Shown here one piece after another: positions 63,652 to 64,000 of a stretch of 64,000 nucleotides of DNA. The notes beneath the pieces are model-generated. The model had not been told where the DNA came from and searched no databases. It saw only the letters and a program-made list of their open reading frames with translations. The DNA lies in assembly GCA_000146045.2 (NCBI GenBank), contig BK006936.2, forward strand, positions 544,001 to 608,000, given 5' to 3'. The position numbers were made by a program, and so were the translations under genes. Position 1 is the first letter of the stretch, and each line of letters starts with the position of its first letter. The DNA is from TPA_inf: Saccharomyces. Lineage: Eukaryota.

Positions 63652-64000
63652 ATGCCTAAAAAATCCATTGAAGAATGGGAAGAGGATGCCATTGAATCAG
63701 TTCCATATTTAGCAAGTGATGAAAAGGGCTCTAATTATAAGGAAGCTACACAAATTCCACTAAATTTGAAGCAATCTGAAATTGAAAATCATCCAACAGT
63801 AAAACCATGGGTTCATTTTGTTGCTGGGGGTATTGGAGGAATGGCGGGTGCAGTTGTTACGTGTCCCTTTGATTTGGTGAAGACCCGATTACAAAGTGAT
63901 ATATTTTTGAAAGCATACAAATCACAAGCTGTTAATATCAGTAAAGGATCTACTCGTCCAAAGAGTATTAATTATGTCATTCAAGCAGGAACCCATTTCA
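63652..64000 (+). CDS. RIM2: Mitochondrial pyrimidine nucleotide carrier (mitochondrial carrier family), 5' part; runs off the window end
   Basis: MPKKSIEEWEEDAIESVPYLASDEKGS...VHFVAGGIGGMAGAVVTCPFDLVKTRLQS is the first mitochondrial-carrier repeat, with the signature motif PxD/ExxK/R. Confidence 0.9.
   Translation, partial: MPKKSIEEWEEDAIESVPYLASDEKGSNYKEATQIPLNLKQSEIENHPTVKPWVHFVAGGIGGMAGAVVTCPFDLVKTRLQSDIFLKAYKSQAVNISKGSTRPKSINYVIQAGTHF

Noticed and set aside
1-64000. tRNA genes, Ty LTRs (delta/sigma/tau) or other mobile elements in the larger intergenic regions
   Set aside because: I searched by eye for B-box GGTTCGANTCC or GTTCGAA motifs and for the delta TGTTGGAATA terminus in the intergenic regions and found nothing convincing. 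The few GGTTCGA matches lie inside coding sequence (for example within IFA38).

Overview
The window reads as a contiguous stretch of the Saccharomyces cerevisiae chromosome II right arm, running from the 5' end of TBS1 (YBR150C) to the 5' end of RIM2 (YBR192W), with CDC28 at 16078..16974. I assigned about 40 protein-coding genes. Gene order and every protein length I checked agree with what I recall of the S288C reference; the locus calls rest on that recall plus the supplied ORF translations, not on a database search. Four genes carry spliceosomal introns. RPS6B, RPS9B and RPL21A each have a 6–11 nt first exon that the six-frame ORF track cannot show. PCH2 has an intron near its 3' end. The ORF track evidently accepts TTG/GTG/CTG as start codons, so several listed ORFs carry spurious N-terminal extensions; I placed starts at the first ATG matching the known protein length. 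I found no tRNA genes, Ty/LTR elements, CRISPR arrays, prokaryote-like operons or foreign insertions. I do not see an undescribed system here. The findings are modest: promoter elements consistent with known regulons (URS1, HSE plus STRE, PACE, SCB, Rap1), a few palindromes and inverted repeats in intergenic DNA, homopolymer and microsatellite tracts, and one unusually long gene-free interval between ICS2 and AMN1.
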